Assembly: GCA_964585385.1 (NCBI GenBank)
Contig: CAZPDP010000001.1
Span: 123,839 to 187,838, forward strand
DNA from: an uncultured Bacteroidales bacterium
Lineage (GTDB): Bacteria > Bacteroidota > Bacteroidia > Bacteroidales > UBA12077
Direction: 5' to 3'
DNA length: 64,000 nucleotides
Under the pieces are notes generated by a model, which made no database searches, was not told the origin of the DNA, and worked only from the letters and a program-made list of their open reading frames with translations. The position numbers were made by a program, and so were the translations under genes. Shown piece by piece: positions 38,030 through 48,731 of this stretch (positions are counted from its first letter, which is position 1; every line of letters begins with the position of its first letter).

Positions 38030-40621
38030 ATGAATCTAAATAATTTCACTATAAAATCACAAGAAGCAATTCAGAAAGCTTTTTCGATAGCCGAAGGTTA
38101 CCAGAACCAGGCAATAGATAATGGGCATTTGCTTAAAGGTTTGATGAGCGAAGGAGAAAACGTAATCAATTATTTACTGAAAAAGTTAAATGTAAATACC
38201 AGTAATCTTGATGAGGTTTTAAACCGGATTATTGAGTCCTACCCGAAAGTGAGCGGAGGAGAACCTTATCTGTCAAACAACGCAAGTAAAACACTCCGTT
38301 CTGCAATGAACTATTCCAGCGATATGGGTGATAAATTTGTCTCTATTGAGCACATTTTACTTGGTTTGTTGCAGGCAGGCGATGATGTATCTCAATTGCT
38401 CAAGGATAACGGAGTAAATGAAAAAGAGTTAAAGAAAGCCATTGATGAGTTGAGACAGGGATCAAAGGTTGATAGTCAAAGCGCTGAGGATAAATTCGAT
38501 GCGCTTAACCGTTTTGCCATAAATTTGATTGAAAGCGCCAGGAATAATAAGCTCGACCCGGTAATTGGCAGGGATGATGAGATCAGGCGAATTTTACAGA
38601 TTTTATCACGAAGAACCAAGAATAATCCTGTCCTCATTGGCGATGCAGGAGTTGGGAAGACTGCTATTGCCGAAGGTATAGCTCATCGTATTGTAAGTGG
38701 TGATGTGCCTGAAAATCTAAAAAGCAAACAAATATTTGCTCTTGACATGGGTGCTTTGATTGCAGGTGCCAAGTATAAAGGTGAGTTTGAAGAGAGATTG
38801 AAAGCAGTAGTCAAGGAAGTAGTTTCATCTGAAGGGGAGATTATTCTGTTTATAGATGAAATTCACACACTTGTTGGGGCAGGAAAATCAGAAGGTGCTA
38901 TGGATGCAGCCAATATTTTAAAACCAGCACTGGCAAGAGGTGAGTTACGTGCAATTGGAGCTACGACACTGAATGAATATCAAAAATATTTTGAGCAGGA
39001 TAAAGCTCTTGAGCGGCGTTTCCAAAAGGTTATCATTGACGAACCGGATGAGATGAGCTCTATTTCAATTTTACGAGGAATTAAGGAACGCTATGAGTCT
39101 CATCATAAAGTCAGGATAAAAGATGACGCAATTATTGCCGCTGTGGAACTTTCTAAGCGTTACATAACCGACCGCTTCTTACCTGACAAGGCCATTGATT
39201 TAATAGACGAAGCCGCTTCCAAGTTAAGGCTTGAAATGAATTCGGTTCCTGAAAGCATTGATGATATAGAGCGTAAGATAAAGCAGCTTGAAATTGAAAG
39301 GGAAGCCATAAAACGGGAAGGAGGTCAGAAGAAGTCCAAAGAGCTTGACGAACAGATAGCCAATTTAAAGGATGAACGGAATCAGCTTCGTTCCAAATGG
39401 GAATCAGAACGAAACATTATTGATCAGATTCAAAAAAGAAAAGAAGAGATTGAGCATTATAAGCATGAAGCTGAAGTAGCTGAACGTGATGGAGAATACG
39501 GAAAAGTTGCGGAATTACGCTACGGAAAAATTAAAGAAACTGAAGAAGAGGTAAATCGTTTGCATGAGGAATTAGCTTCATTACAGAAAGAAGAGGCTCT
39601 TATTAAAGAAGAGGTTGATGATGAAGATATTGCTGAGGTTGTCGCCCGCTGGACAGGCATCCCGGTTAGCCGGATGTTACAAAGTGAAAAGGAAAAGCTT
39701 CTAAAACTGGAGGATGAGTTACATAAGCGTGTTGTAGGCCAGGATGAAGCCATTCAGGTAGTTTCTGATGCAGTGCGAAGAAGCCGGGCTGGTTTGCAGG
39801 ATGCCAAAAGGCCGATTGGCTCGTTTATTTTTCTCGGTACAACTGGTGTTGGGAAAACCGAACTGGCAAGAGCCCTTGCTGAGTTTCTTTTCGATGACGA
39901 AAACATGATGACCCGTATTGATATGTCTGAATACCAGGAAAGACACAGTGTGTCAAGGTTGGTCGGAGCACCCCCGGGATATGTAGGCTATGATGAAGGT
40001 GGACAACTGACTGAATCAGTGAGAAGAAAGCCTTACTCCGTAATATTGCTTGATGAAATAGAAAAAGCCCATTCAGATGTTTTTAATATCCTGCTACAAG
40101 TATTGGATGATGGAAGATTAACAGATAATAAAGGTCGTACTGCTGATTTTAAGAATACAATAATCATAATGACGTCCAATGTCGGTTCTCATATAATTCA
40201 GCAGAAAATAGATGAAATTACGGATGAAAACAGAAAGAAAGTTTTGGAGAATCTGAGGGATGAAGTATTTCAGTTGCTTAAGCAATCCATCAGACCAGAG
40301 TTTCTTAACCGGCTGGATGAAATCGTAATGTTCGCTCCGCTTACAAAAGAGCAGTTGCATGATATTGTTAAGCTGCAATTTAATTTGTATTCAAAAATGC
40401 TTAAGAAGCAGCAAATTGATATTGAGGTAACCGACAGCGCAGTGGAACATATTGCTGATAGAGGTTATGACCCGCATTATGGTGCAAGGCCTGTTAAGAG
40501 GGTGATTCAAAAGAGCGTGATTAATGAATTGTCCAAAGAGATATTAATGGGCAATATTGATAAAGATAAACCTGTCAAAGTTGATTACGATGGAAATAAT
40601 ATAGCCTTCAGGAACGAATAA
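38030..40621 (+). CDS. clpB: ATP-dependent chaperone / disaggregase ClpB
   Basis: 863 aa. Two AAA+ modules (Walker A 'GDAGVGKT' and 'GTTGVGKT') flank a long coiled-coil M-domain between them. Confidence 0.95.
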   Translation: MNLNNFTIKSQEAIQKAFSIAEGYQNQAIDNGHLLKGLMSEGENVINYLLKKLNVNTSNLDEVLNRIIESYPKVSGGEPYLSNNASKTLRSAMNYSSDMGDKFVSIEHILLGLLQAGDDVSQLLKDNGVNEKELKKAIDELRQGSKVDSQSAEDKFDALNRFAINLIESARNNKLDPVIGRDDEIRRILQILSRRTKNNPVLIGDAGVGKTAIAEGIAHRIVSGDVPENLKSKQIFALDMGALIAGAKYKGEFEERLKAVVKEVVSSEGEIILFIDEIHTLVGAGKSEGAMDAANILKPALARGELRAIGATTLNEYQKYFEQDKALERRFQKVIIDEPDEMSSISILRGIKERYESHHKVRIKDDAIIAAVELSKRYITDRFLPDKAIDLIDEAASKLRLEMNSVPESIDDIERKIKQLEIEREAIKREGGQKKSKELDEQIANLKDERNQLRSKWESERNIIDQIQKRKEEIEHYKHEAEVAERDGEYGKVAELRYGKIKETEEEVNRLHEELASLQKEEALIKEEVDDEDIAEVVARWTGIPVSRMLQSEKEKLLKLEDELHKRVVGQDEAIQVVSDAVRRSRAGLQDAKRPIGSFIFLGTTGVGKTELARALAEFLFDDENMMTRIDMSEYQERHSVSRLVGAPPGYVGYDEGGQLTESVRRKPYSVILLDEIEKAHSDVFNILLQVLDDGRLTDNKGRTADFKNTIIIMTSNVGSHIIQQKIDEITDENRKKVLENLRDEVFQLLKQSIRPEFLNRLDEIVMFAPLTKEQLHDIVKLQFNLYSKMLKKQQIDIEVTDSAVEHIADRGYDPHYGARPVKRVIQKSVINELSKEILMGNIDKDKPVKVDYDGNNIAFRNE

Positions 40622-40635
40622 AGGAGTATAAAAAT

Positions 40636-40672
40636 AAAAGCCGCTTCCCCGAATGAAAGCGGCTTTTATTTA
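40636..40672. terminator. Bidirectional terminator between convergent clpB and the STAS gene
   Basis: 11-bp stem AAAAGCCGCTT / AAGCGGCTTTT flanked by A-runs and T-runs on both sides. Confidence 0.6.
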
Positions 40673-40686
40673 TTGTTGAATATCTT

Positions 40687-41025
40687 TTAATTAAAGCTGT
40701 TGACACAATCGTCAATTCCGTCGTGTATTTCAAATACATTGTGTAATTGCAGCAATTTCACCAATTCCATTACATCCGGCGAAATATTACATATCTTGAA
40801 GGTACTGTCATTGTTTTTAGCATTTCTTAAAATTGATAATAAAGCGCCAAAACCAGAACTATCAATATATTCAATGCCCTCAAGATTTAGAATAATTTTT
40901 TTACCCGGTTTGTTTAGGTATTGAGCAATTTCTTCTTTTAATGACTGCGCAACAAGAATGTTTAGCTTACTGACATTTTCGAATGACAATATTTCAATCC
41001 CATTTCTTGTTTCACTTTTTAACAT
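40687..41025 (-). CDS. STAS-domain protein (anti-sigma-factor antagonist type)
   Basis: 112 aa. 'ILNLEGIEYIDSSGFGALL' has the same DSSG phospho-site context. Confidence 0.8.
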   Translation of the reverse strand: MLKSETRNGIEILSFENVSKLNILVAQSLKEEIAQYLNKPGKKIILNLEGIEYIDSSGFGALLSILRNAKNNDSTFKICNISPDVMELVKLLQLHNVFEIHDGIDDCVNSFN

Positions 41026-41308
41026 ATAGTTTATATTTTAGGTTAGTAAATAGATATATTTTCAGAATACTGAACACGTATATTGCAAATTTAGCAATAA
41101 TTTTATGATTAAATGTTAAAAATATGATTTTCTTTTAACAGCAAAATTGATTTCCAGTCATTTCATTGTGCAATTTAAGAAAAAAACTAAGAAAACAAAA
41201 ACCCCTAAAAAAGTTATTCCTTCCATTTTTGCTTTCAGTAGTACCGAATTTTTTATATTTTTACAATTTATTGATAATTCTCAGGACACCTAATTAAATA
41301 CCTTACAT

Positions 41309-42334
41309 ATGAAATTCTTTTCATCGCTTTTAGCCGCTCTTCTTGTTTGTGCTTTAAGTATTAATGCCCAGGTTGAATCCAAAGAAGCTAAGAAAATATT
41401 CAATAATGCTGTTGTTCTCATTACTCAACAAGAATATAAGCAGGCACAGGTTTTGCTGAAAGAAGCCATTTTTATTTCACCAGAATTTGCACGAGCTTAT
41501 CTGGAAAGCGGAAAGCTAAACCTCAGAGATCAGAATGTTAAGCAAGCCAAAACTGACATTAAAAAAGCCCTTGAGCTAAATCCTTCATTGGGAGAGGCTT
41601 TTTTTTACAGAGGATATATTAATTATCATGAGAAAAATTATGAAACAGCCATTGAAAGTTTCACTCAGGCCATCCAGGAAAATTATAAAGAACCTGAGAC
41701 ATACTATTTCAGGGGGTTAGCAAATTTTAAACTTGAAGATTTTAGTAATGCTATTATGAATTTTACTATGGCTATAGATTCAAAGTACGACTTTTATCAA
41801 GCTTATCATGACAGGGGCAGTGCAAAATTACAAACCGGGGATTATCAGGGAGCCATCAGAGACTTTGAGACGACTCTGCAATATCAGGCAGAATTACCGG
41901 AAGTTTACAATAATTTAGGCAATGCTAAATTGAAATTAGCCGATTACCAGGGCGCCATTGAAAATTTTACAAATGCAATCAATAAAAGCCCTAATTACTT
42001 TGAGGCTTATATAAACCGGGGAATTGCTAAGATGTACCTGGAAAAATATACCCCTTCAATTAATGATTTTAAAAAAGCCCTTAAGATTGAGAAGAACAAT
42101 TATAAGGCATTTATTAATCTTGGAATTGTATACATTAAACAAGGGAAATATGATGAAGCCATTCAACAGTTTGAAGAAGCAATGAAAATAGATCAGGAAA
42201 GAGGGGAGGCTTATCTGAACAGAGGAATGGCACTGGAATATCAGGGGAAATTTGAAGAAGCCTGCAAGGACTGGATGATGGCTAAAGAGCTTGGCCTGGA
42301 AAAGGCAGATGAATTTTTAAAAGATTGCAACTAG
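41309..42334 (+). CDS. Secreted tetratricopeptide-repeat protein
   Basis: Signal peptide plus ~8 consecutive 34-residue TPR units ('A...F..AI...P....AY..RG'). Confidence 0.85.
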   Translation: MKFFSSLLAALLVCALSINAQVESKEAKKIFNNAVVLITQQEYKQAQVLLKEAIFISPEFARAYLESGKLNLRDQNVKQAKTDIKKALELNPSLGEAFFYRGYINYHEKNYETAIESFTQAIQENYKEPETYYFRGLANFKLEDFSNAIMNFTMAIDSKYDFYQAYHDRGSAKLQTGDYQGAIRDFETTLQYQAELPEVYNNLGNAKLKLADYQGAIENFTNAINKSPNYFEAYINRGIAKMYLEKYTPSINDFKKALKIEKNNYKAFINLGIVYIKQGKYDEAIQQFEEAMKIDQERGEAYLNRGMALEYQGKFEEACKDWMMAKELGLEKADEFLKDCN

Positions 42335-42363
42335 AACTCAAATTACTACAAATAATATAGCTC

Positions 42364-44445
42364 ATGAATAATATGGCTAAACACACCACAATAATTTTAT
42401 TTGTTTTTTTATTTTCTTCATTATCAGCTATTTCACAAAAGGATATAAGAATTAAAAGAAGTAATTTTAAATTGGAAAATACCGGAGGATTTCGTTTAGC
42501 ATGGAAACATATCCGCCAGGGGAATAATTATTATGAGAAAGGAACCGGGTTTTTTGATGAAGCGCTGGAAAAATACAAGATGGCCTATCGGTATAACCCT
42601 GATAATGCAGCTTTGAACTATAAAATGGGAGTTTGCTATTTGTCTTTGAGAAAAAATAAGGAGGCAATTGACGTCTTTAATAAAGCCCTTTCAGAGGATG
42701 AAGAGGTGGCTATAGATATCTACTATTTACTGGCTAGAGCCTATCATTTGAATTACCAATTTGAAAATGCAGTAAGAAATTATCAAAAGTGTCTTGAGGC
42801 TGATATTATAAAAAAACTGGACTATACAAAAGAAGATATCAATGTATATATTAGGCAGTGTAATAGCGGTAAAGAACTTATGAAAGAACCCGTAAGAGCA
42901 AATATCAATAACCTGGGGGGTAATATTAACTCGGAATATGATGAGTATGGTCCTGTTTTGCATTACGGTGATTCAATCCTTTATTTTACTTCCAGAAGAA
43001 AGCACGAGGATAATGATGAACGCTGGCTTGGTGATCATAAATTTTATTCCGACATCTTCCGGTCTTTCAAAGTTAACGGAAAATGGGGAAAAGCGAAACT
43101 AGTTCCGAAAGACCTTCGGTCTGATGCTAATGATGCTGTACTGGATATAACAAAAGACCCGGAGAGAATTTATGTTTACCTGGGAGATAAACATGGGGGC
43201 GATATTTATTATTATGAAAAGAAAAATGATAGTTGGAAAGGACCCAAAAAATTTTCAGGAATGATTAATACCAGGGACAAGGAATCTTCCATAAGTTTTA
43301 CAAAAGACGGAAGAACCCTGTATTTTGTTTCTGATTTGGATGAAGAATCCATTGGAAAAAAAGATATATTTTTCAGTCAGCTAAATGAAAAAGATAAGTG
43401 GATGTACCCCATGAACCTTGGCGGTCTGATAAATACATCGCTTAATGAAGAGGGTGTTTATATCAATGATACGGAAGATATACTTTATTTTAGTTCTCAG
43501 GGACATAACTCGATGGGCGGATACGATATGTTTTATTCTGAAAGAGATGTGGACGGAAACTGGAAAGAGCCGGTTAATATGGGATACCCGATAAACACCC
43601 CCTACGATGATTTGCTTTTCCGGATTATTGATGAAAAAGGTAAGAAAGCATATTATTCTTCAATTCGTGAAGATTCTTACGGGCAGCGAGACCTTTATGA
43701 AATTATTTTCCTGGGTGAAGAAAAAGAAATGTTGACAATGGAATCTCTTGATTTGATACTCTGGGAAACAAATCCCGATTCATCACTAATCTTCAAAACA
43801 CCTGAAAAGCTGGCTATTGATACAACGATTTATCTGGTGGGCAATGTGCTGGACAGCATTAACGAAATAGGTGTGAAATCCAGAATACAGATTGTTGATA
43901 ATGAAAAAAATAAGATTATCTCAACTTACATTACCGATACATTGGGTAACTTCACAATAAAACTTCCGGAAAAGAAGAAGTATGGGGTGGAAGTGACTGC
44001 AAGAGAATATCTTTTCTTTGCAGATAACCTGGATTTAAACCAGATGGAAATTACAAATGATACGGTTTACCAGGATTTTTACCTCGATAAGGTTGAAATA
44101 GGGAAAAAAGTTGTCCTTGAAAATATTTACTTCGAAACCAGTAGCGATAAACTGAAATCTGAATCTTATCCTGAACTTGAACGTGTAGTGAAGCTTCTGA
44201 AAAATAATCCGAGTATAAGACTTGAAATTTCAGGGCATACAGATAACGTCGGCTCATACCTTGTCAATAAAAGGCTTTCTGAAGCACGTGCAAAGAGTGT
44301 TGTGAATTACCTTGTTGAAAAAGGGATTGACCGGAGCAAACTGGAATACAAGGGATATAGTTTTACTGAGCCCATTGCACCCAATGATACACCAGCAGGA
44401 AGACAGAAAAACAGACGTGTTGAATTCGAAGTACTGGAGAAATAA
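42364..44445 (+). CDS. OmpA-family peptidoglycan-associated protein with TPR and TolB-like beta-propeller regions
   Basis: N-terminal TPRs and repeated 'E..P.......LYF.S.R....G..D.' WD40/TolB-like blades. The C-terminal OmpA domain reads 'NIYFETSSDKL...GHTDNVGS...NKRLSEARAKSV...NRRVEF'. Confidence 0.8.
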   Translation: MNNMAKHTTIILFVFLFSSLSAISQKDIRIKRSNFKLENTGGFRLAWKHIRQGNNYYEKGTGFFDEALEKYKMAYRYNPDNAALNYKMGVCYLSLRKNKEAIDVFNKALSEDEEVAIDIYYLLARAYHLNYQFENAVRNYQKCLEADIIKKLDYTKEDINVYIRQCNSGKELMKEPVRANINNLGGNINSEYDEYGPVLHYGDSILYFTSRRKHEDNDERWLGDHKFYSDIFRSFKVNGKWGKAKLVPKDLRSDANDAVLDITKDPERIYVYLGDKHGGDIYYYEKKNDSWKGPKKFSGMINTRDKESSISFTKDGRTLYFVSDLDEESIGKKDIFFSQLNEKDKWMYPMNLGGLINTSLNEEGVYINDTEDILYFSSQGHNSMGGYDMFYSERDVDGNWKEPVNMGYPINTPYDDLLFRIIDEKGKKAYYSSIREDSYGQRDLYEIIFLGEEKEMLTMESLDLILWETNPDSSLIFKTPEKLAIDTTIYLVGNVLDSINEIGVKSRIQIVDNEKNKIISTYITDTLGNFTIKLPEKKKYGVEVTAREYLFFADNLDLNQMEITNDTVYQDFYLDKVEIGKKVVLENIYFETSSDKLKSESYPELERVVKLLKNNPSIRLEISGHTDNVGSYLVNKRLSEARAKSVVNYLVEKGIDRSKLEYKGYSFTEPIAPNDTPAGRQKNRRVEFEVLEK

Positions 44446-44476
44446 AAACAGATATTTTTATCCTTAAATTATAGAA

Positions 44477-44508
44477 AGAGAAACCTCACTGGTTTCTCTT
44501 TTCTTTTG
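44477..44508 (+). terminator. Rho-independent terminator after the OmpA-family gene
   Basis: Perfect 9-bp stem AGAGAAACC / GGTTTCTCT, loop TCACT, then TTTCTTTTG. Confidence 0.7.
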
Positions 44509-44585
44509 ATTACAGATTCTAAGCCCGAAGTTTTCAAAAAATTATTAGTTTTGTCCAAGCTTTTAATCAAACACAAAATAATACT

Positions 44586-45680
44586 ATGAAAAATACAGCG
44601 CTTACCCACAAACACAAAGAGCTCGGTGCAAAAATTGTAGAGTTTGCAGGCTTTAACATGCCGATAGAATATTCTGGTGTTAGTGATGAACATATTACAG
44701 TCAGAGAGAAAGTTGGAATTTTTGATGTGAGTCACATGGGTGAATTCTGGATAAAAGGCCCCAATGCATATGAACTTGTTCAAAAGGTTTCAGCTAATGA
44801 TGCTACAAAGCTAGAGCCCGGCAAAGCCCAATACACTTGTTTGCCCAATGGACAGGGTGGTATTGTTGACGATTTCCTGGTATATAAATTTGATGATGAG
44901 AAATACATGGTCGTAGTAAATGCTGCTAACCTTAAAAAGGACTGGGATTGGTATAACAAACAAAATACAATGGGCGCAGAAATTGATGATGCATCAGATA
45001 AGATTTCATTATTAGCAGTACAAGGACCCAAAGCTCTTGCTACATTAGAGAAATTAACCGATGAAAATCTTTCAGAGATGAAGCCCTTTCGTTTTAAGGT
45101 AGGGAAATTGGCTGATGCGGATGATGTTATAATTTCTTCTACAGGCTATACAGGGGAACATGGCTTTGAGCTATACATTAAAAATGAGGATGCAGAAAAA
45201 ATCTGGGATGCAGTCCTTGAAGCCGGAAAAGAATTTGGCATCAAACCTATCGGGCTGGGAGCAAGAGATACTTTAAGGCTGGAAGCTGGTCTTTGTCTTT
45301 ATGGAAATGATATAGATGATACCACTTCGCCCATTGAAGCTGGCCTGGGATGGGTGGTTAAGTTCAAAGACTATAAAGATTTTATTGACAAAGATTATCT
45401 TTGGAAGCAAAAGCAGGAAGGAGTTAGCAAAAAACTTACCGGTTTTGTAATGCAGGAAAAAGGAATACCCAGACAACATTATGAAATTGTCAATGAAAAT
45501 GAGGAAAAGATAGGAGAGGTAACCTCTGGTACAATGTCTCCGATGATGAAGAAAGGAATAGGCATGGGATACGTAAAAACAGAGTATGCTCAGGCCGGTA
45601 CAGAGATATATATTAAAATAAGAAAGAAAATTCTTAAGGCTGAGGTAGTAAAATTACCCATCTACAAGAAAGATAACTAA
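44586..45680 (+). CDS. gcvT: Glycine cleavage system aminomethyltransferase (T protein)
   Basis: 364 aa. '[26 protein letters not shown]' and '[11 protein letters not shown]' are typical GcvT motifs. Confidence 0.92.
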   Translation: MKNTALTHKHKELGAKIVEFAGFNMPIEYSGVSDEHITVREKVGIFDVSHMGEFWIKGPNAYELVQKVSANDATKLEPGKAQYTCLPNGQGGIVDDFLVYKFDDEKYMVVVNAANLKKDWDWYNKQNTMGAEIDDASDKISLLAVQGPKALATLEKLTDENLSEMKPFRFKVGKLADADDVIISSTGYTGEHGFELYIKNEDAEKIWDAVLEAGKEFGIKPIGLGARDTLRLEAGLCLYGNDIDDTTSPIEAGLGWVVKFKDYKDFIDKDYLWKQKQEGVSKKLTGFVMQEKGIPRQHYEIVNENEEKIGEVTSGTMSPMMKKGIGMGYVKTEYAQAGTEIYIKIRKKILKAEVVKLPIYKKDN

Positions 45681-45690
45681 AACATAGTTT

Positions 45691-45719
45691 AGGGCAGGAT
45701 GAAATTACCTGCCCTTTTT
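45691..45719 (+). terminator. Rho-independent terminator after gcvT
   Basis: 8-bp stem AGGGCAGG / CCTGCCCT followed by TTTTT. The ATG at 45699 of the tracked ORF lies in the loop. Confidence 0.65.
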
Positions 45720-45731
45720 AATCTGACAGAA

Positions 45732-46484
45732 ATGCAGGAAGCAAAGAAAATTGAAGTAATATTTACCCCGGATCTTTTTCATCACTACAGCAGTGAAGAA
45801 TCGGTAGTTGTTGTAGTGGATATTTTGAGGGCTACCTCTGCAATTTGTACTGCTTTTGAAAATGGTGTGGATGAAATGATTCCTGTTCCTGGTATAGAAG
45901 AAGCCAGGAAATATAAAAACCGGGGTTTTGTGGTCGCTGCAGAACGGGATGGCAAAGTGCTTGATTTTGCTGATTTTGGTAACTCACCCTATAATTTTAC
46001 TCCTGAAAATGTGAAAGGTAAGAAAGTTGCTTACAGTACCATCAACGGAGCCAAATCTATTAAAATGGCTCACAAAAGTGAAATGGTGGTTTTAGCTTCT
46101 TTTATAAATTTAACCGCCGTCTCGGATCTTCTTGAGCGGGTTAAAAGTAATGTGCTGATTTTATGTGCCGGATGGAAAGGAAAATTTTGCCTTGAGGATA
46201 CAATTTTTGCCGGTGCATTAACTGAGAGTTTGATCGATGGTGGATATTTTCAAACTCAGTGCGACTCAGCTCTCGCTTCAATGGATATATGGAATATAGC
46301 AAAATCAGATTTGAAGGGTTATGCCGATAAAGCTGCCCAAAGTGATAGGCTGCGCCGATTTGGAAAAGATTCAGATCTGAACTACATCTATACTCCTGAC
46401 TCATCCTCGGTAGTTCCGGTTTTTGACAAAGGTATAATCATGGATTTTAAACGACTGATTAACGATTACAATCATATTCTTTAA
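45732..46484 (+). CDS. 2-phosphosulfolactate phosphatase (ComB) family protein
   Basis: Start moved to the ATG at 45732, after the terminator. 'VVVVDILRATSAI' and 'AERDG...FGNSP' match the ComB-family pattern. Confidence 0.65.
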   Translation: MQEAKKIEVIFTPDLFHHYSSEESVVVVVDILRATSAICTAFENGVDEMIPVPGIEEARKYKNRGFVVAAERDGKVLDFADFGNSPYNFTPENVKGKKVAYSTINGAKSIKMAHKSEMVVLASFINLTAVSDLLERVKSNVLILCAGWKGKFCLEDTIFAGALTESLIDGGYFQTQCDSALASMDIWNIAKSDLKGYADKAAQSDRLRRFGKDSDLNYIYTPDSSSVVPVFDKGIIMDFKRLINDYNHIL

Positions 46485-46647
46485 CATCTTTTAACCAGCC
46501 GTTAGAGCTGTAGCAATAACCCTTGATTACAGCAATATATGGCTATATCATATTTGATTTTAATCATTGGTCACAAATCATTTTTTTATTAACTTTCAAC
46601 CTCTTTTGGATAAACTGATTAATGTATAAAACTAAAACCAAAACACT

Positions 46648-47721
46648 ATGAAGAAACATAATTTTTACGCAGGTCCCTCAATAATGCCGCAGTATACTAT
46701 AGACAGGACTGCAGAGGCTATTAAAGATCTTGACGGCATTGGTCTTTCTGTAATGGAAATTTCTCACCGCAGCAAAGAGTTTGATGCGATAATTAAAGAA
46801 GCCCAAAATCTATTCAAGGAACTGCTTAATATTCCCGATGGATATCACGTACTTTTCCTGGGTGGTGGAGCAAGCACTCAATTTTTGATGGTTCCATACA
46901 ACCTGTTTAAAAATAAAGCAGCATATCTTAACACAGGTAACTGGGCCAAGAAAGCCATAAAGGAAGCGAAATTTTTTGGCGATGTTGATGTGGTAGCCTC
47001 TTCCGAGGACAAAAACTTTACCTATCTGCCTAAGAATTACAATGTACCAGAGGATGCCGACTATTTCCATATAACAACGAATAATACAATTTACGGCACA
47101 GAAATAAAGAAAGACCTGGATGTAAATATTCCATTGGTTGCGGATATGTCCTCCGATATTTTAAGCCGTCCTATTGATGTTTCAAAATATGCGATTATTT
47201 ATGGTGGTGCACAGAAAAACCTGGCTCCTGCCGGAGTTACCTTTATAATAGTAAAAGAGGAAGTTCTGGGTAAAACAGGCAAAGAAATCCCAACCATGAT
47301 GGATTATAACACTCATATCAAGAAAGAATCTCTGTTCAATACTCCACCAGTTGTACCTATTTACGCTGCACTTCAAACCCTCAAATGGATCAAGGAAAAA
47401 GGTGGAGTGGAAGGTATGAATAAGATCAATACTGACAAAGCCAACCTGCTCTATGACGAGATTCAAAGGAATAAACTTTTCATTCCAACAGTAGAAAATG
47501 AAGAGGATCGCTCTATTATGAACGTAACCTTTGTAATGAAGGATGAATACAAAGAGCTTGAAAAAGAATTCCTTGACTATGCTACCGAAAAAGGTATGAT
47601 TGGTATCAAAGGTCACCGTTCTGTAGGAGGTTTCCGTGCCTCCTTATACAATGCTCTCCCAAGAGAGAGTGTTGAAGCACTTGTCGGTGTAATGAAAGAA
47701 TTTGAACAAAAGAAAGCATAA
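46648..47721 (+). CDS. serC: Phosphoserine aminotransferase
   Basis: 357 aa. '[10 protein letters not shown]', 'GGGAS.QF' and '[14 protein letters not shown]' (PLP Lys context). Confidence 0.92.
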   Translation: MKKHNFYAGPSIMPQYTIDRTAEAIKDLDGIGLSVMEISHRSKEFDAIIKEAQNLFKELLNIPDGYHVLFLGGGASTQFLMVPYNLFKNKAAYLNTGNWAKKAIKEAKFFGDVDVVASSEDKNFTYLPKNYNVPEDADYFHITTNNTIYGTEIKKDLDVNIPLVADMSSDILSRPIDVSKYAIIYGGAQKNLAPAGVTFIIVKEEVLGKTGKEIPTMMDYNTHIKKESLFNTPPVVPIYAALQTLKWIKEKGGVEGMNKINTDKANLLYDEIQRNKLFIPTVENEEDRSIMNVTFVMKDEYKELEKEFLDYATEKGMIGIKGHRSVGGFRASLYNALPRESVEALVGVMKEFEQKKA

Positions 47722-47780
47722 CACAATTGTTGAATCATCAGGGTAGGATTCCGGTTCTACCCTTTAAAAATACATAAGCT

Positions 47781-48701
47781 ATGAAAAAAGTATTAGTTGC
47801 CACAGTAAAACCATTTCACCCCAATGCGGTGGATGGTATAAAGGAAATTTGCTCAAAAGCAGGTTATGAGTTCAATCTCATGGAAAAATATGAAGATAAA
47901 TCTGAATTGCTAGATGCTGTAAAAGATGCAAATGCTCTGATAATAAGAAGTGATAAGGTGACAAAAGAAGTCATTGATGCAGCAGAAAACCTCGAAATTA
48001 TTGTAAGAGGTGGTGCAGGTTATGATAATGTAGACCTGGATGCTGCTTCTGCAAAAAATATTGTTGTTATGAACACGCCCGGCCAAAATTCAAATGCAGT
48101 AGCAGAACTGGCCCTTGGAATGATGGTGTATCATGCCAGGAATCATTTTAATGGTAAGGCCGGAACTGAATTAAGAAATAAAACCCTTGGTATTCATGCT
48201 TTTGGAAATGTAGGAAGTTTTGTGGCTGAGATAGCAAAGGGTTTTAATATGGATGTTTATGCTTATGATCCTTTCAAGGAAGATTCAGAGATCAAAAAAA
48301 ATGGGGTTAAACCAGTTGATTCTGTAGAAGAGCTTTATAAAAAATGTCAATACGTTTCACTTCACATTCCGGCCAATGAAAAGACCAAAGGTTCAATAAA
48401 CCATGATCTTATGAAACTGATGCCTGAGAATGCTACATTGGTGAATACAGCCAGAAAAGAAGTTATAGATGAAGATTCTCTGCTGAAAATTATGCAAGAA
48501 CGTGATGATTTTCATTATATATCTGACATAGCGCCTGACTGCAAAGATGAATTTGAATCAAAGTATGAAGGACGTTTTTATTTTACTCCTAAAAAAATGG
48601 GTGCACAGACTGCTGAAGCAAACATCAATGCGGGTATTGCTGCGGCAAACCAGATAAACGACTTCTTTGAAAAGGGTGATACCACTTTTAAAGTAAACTA
48701 A
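47781..48701 (+). CDS. serA: D-3-phosphoglycerate dehydrogenase (short, D-2-hydroxyacid dehydrogenase family)
   Basis: NAD fold 'GIHAFGNVGSFVA', 'RGGAGYDNVD' and catalytic 'LHIPAN'. It directly follows serC. Confidence 0.75.
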   Translation: MKKVLVATVKPFHPNAVDGIKEICSKAGYEFNLMEKYEDKSELLDAVKDANALIIRSDKVTKEVIDAAENLEIIVRGGAGYDNVDLDAASAKNIVVMNTPGQNSNAVAELALGMMVYHARNHFNGKAGTELRNKTLGIHAFGNVGSFVAEIAKGFNMDVYAYDPFKEDSEIKKNGVKPVDSVEELYKKCQYVSLHIPANEKTKGSINHDLMKLMPENATLVNTARKEVIDEDSLLKIMQERDDFHYISDIAPDCKDEFESKYEGRFYFTPKKMGAQTAEANINAGIAAANQINDFFEKGDTTFKVN

Positions 48702-48731
48702 ATTTGACGGTTAAATTAAAAAACTAAAATT

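Noticed and set aside
44509-44585. Possible glycine riboswitch upstream of gcvT
   Set aside because: The 77-nt leader is AT-rich and lacks the conserved GGAGA...CACCG-type cores of glycine aptamers. It is also too short for a tandem aptamer.
44469-44783. 104-aa minus-strand ORF over the gcvT start
   Set aside because: It overlaps the well-supported gcvT N-terminus and a clear terminator hairpin, and has no motifs.
47182-47616. 144-aa antisense ORF in serC, and similar ones such as 49074-49490 in the DUF1015 gene, 4359-4658 in gldG, 5942-6295 in the DUF4340 gene and 15394-16227 in the LolA-like gene
   Set aside because: All lie within, and opposite to, ORFs with strong family signatures. They are rich in Phe/Ile/Asn/Lys from AT-rich codons and have no recognisable domains.
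47740-47763. Hairpin AGGGTAG / CTACCCT between serC and serA as a terminator or attenuator
   Set aside because: It is followed by TTAAAAA rather than a T-tract, and the genes look co-transcribed. I kept it only as a possible RNA-processing or stability element.
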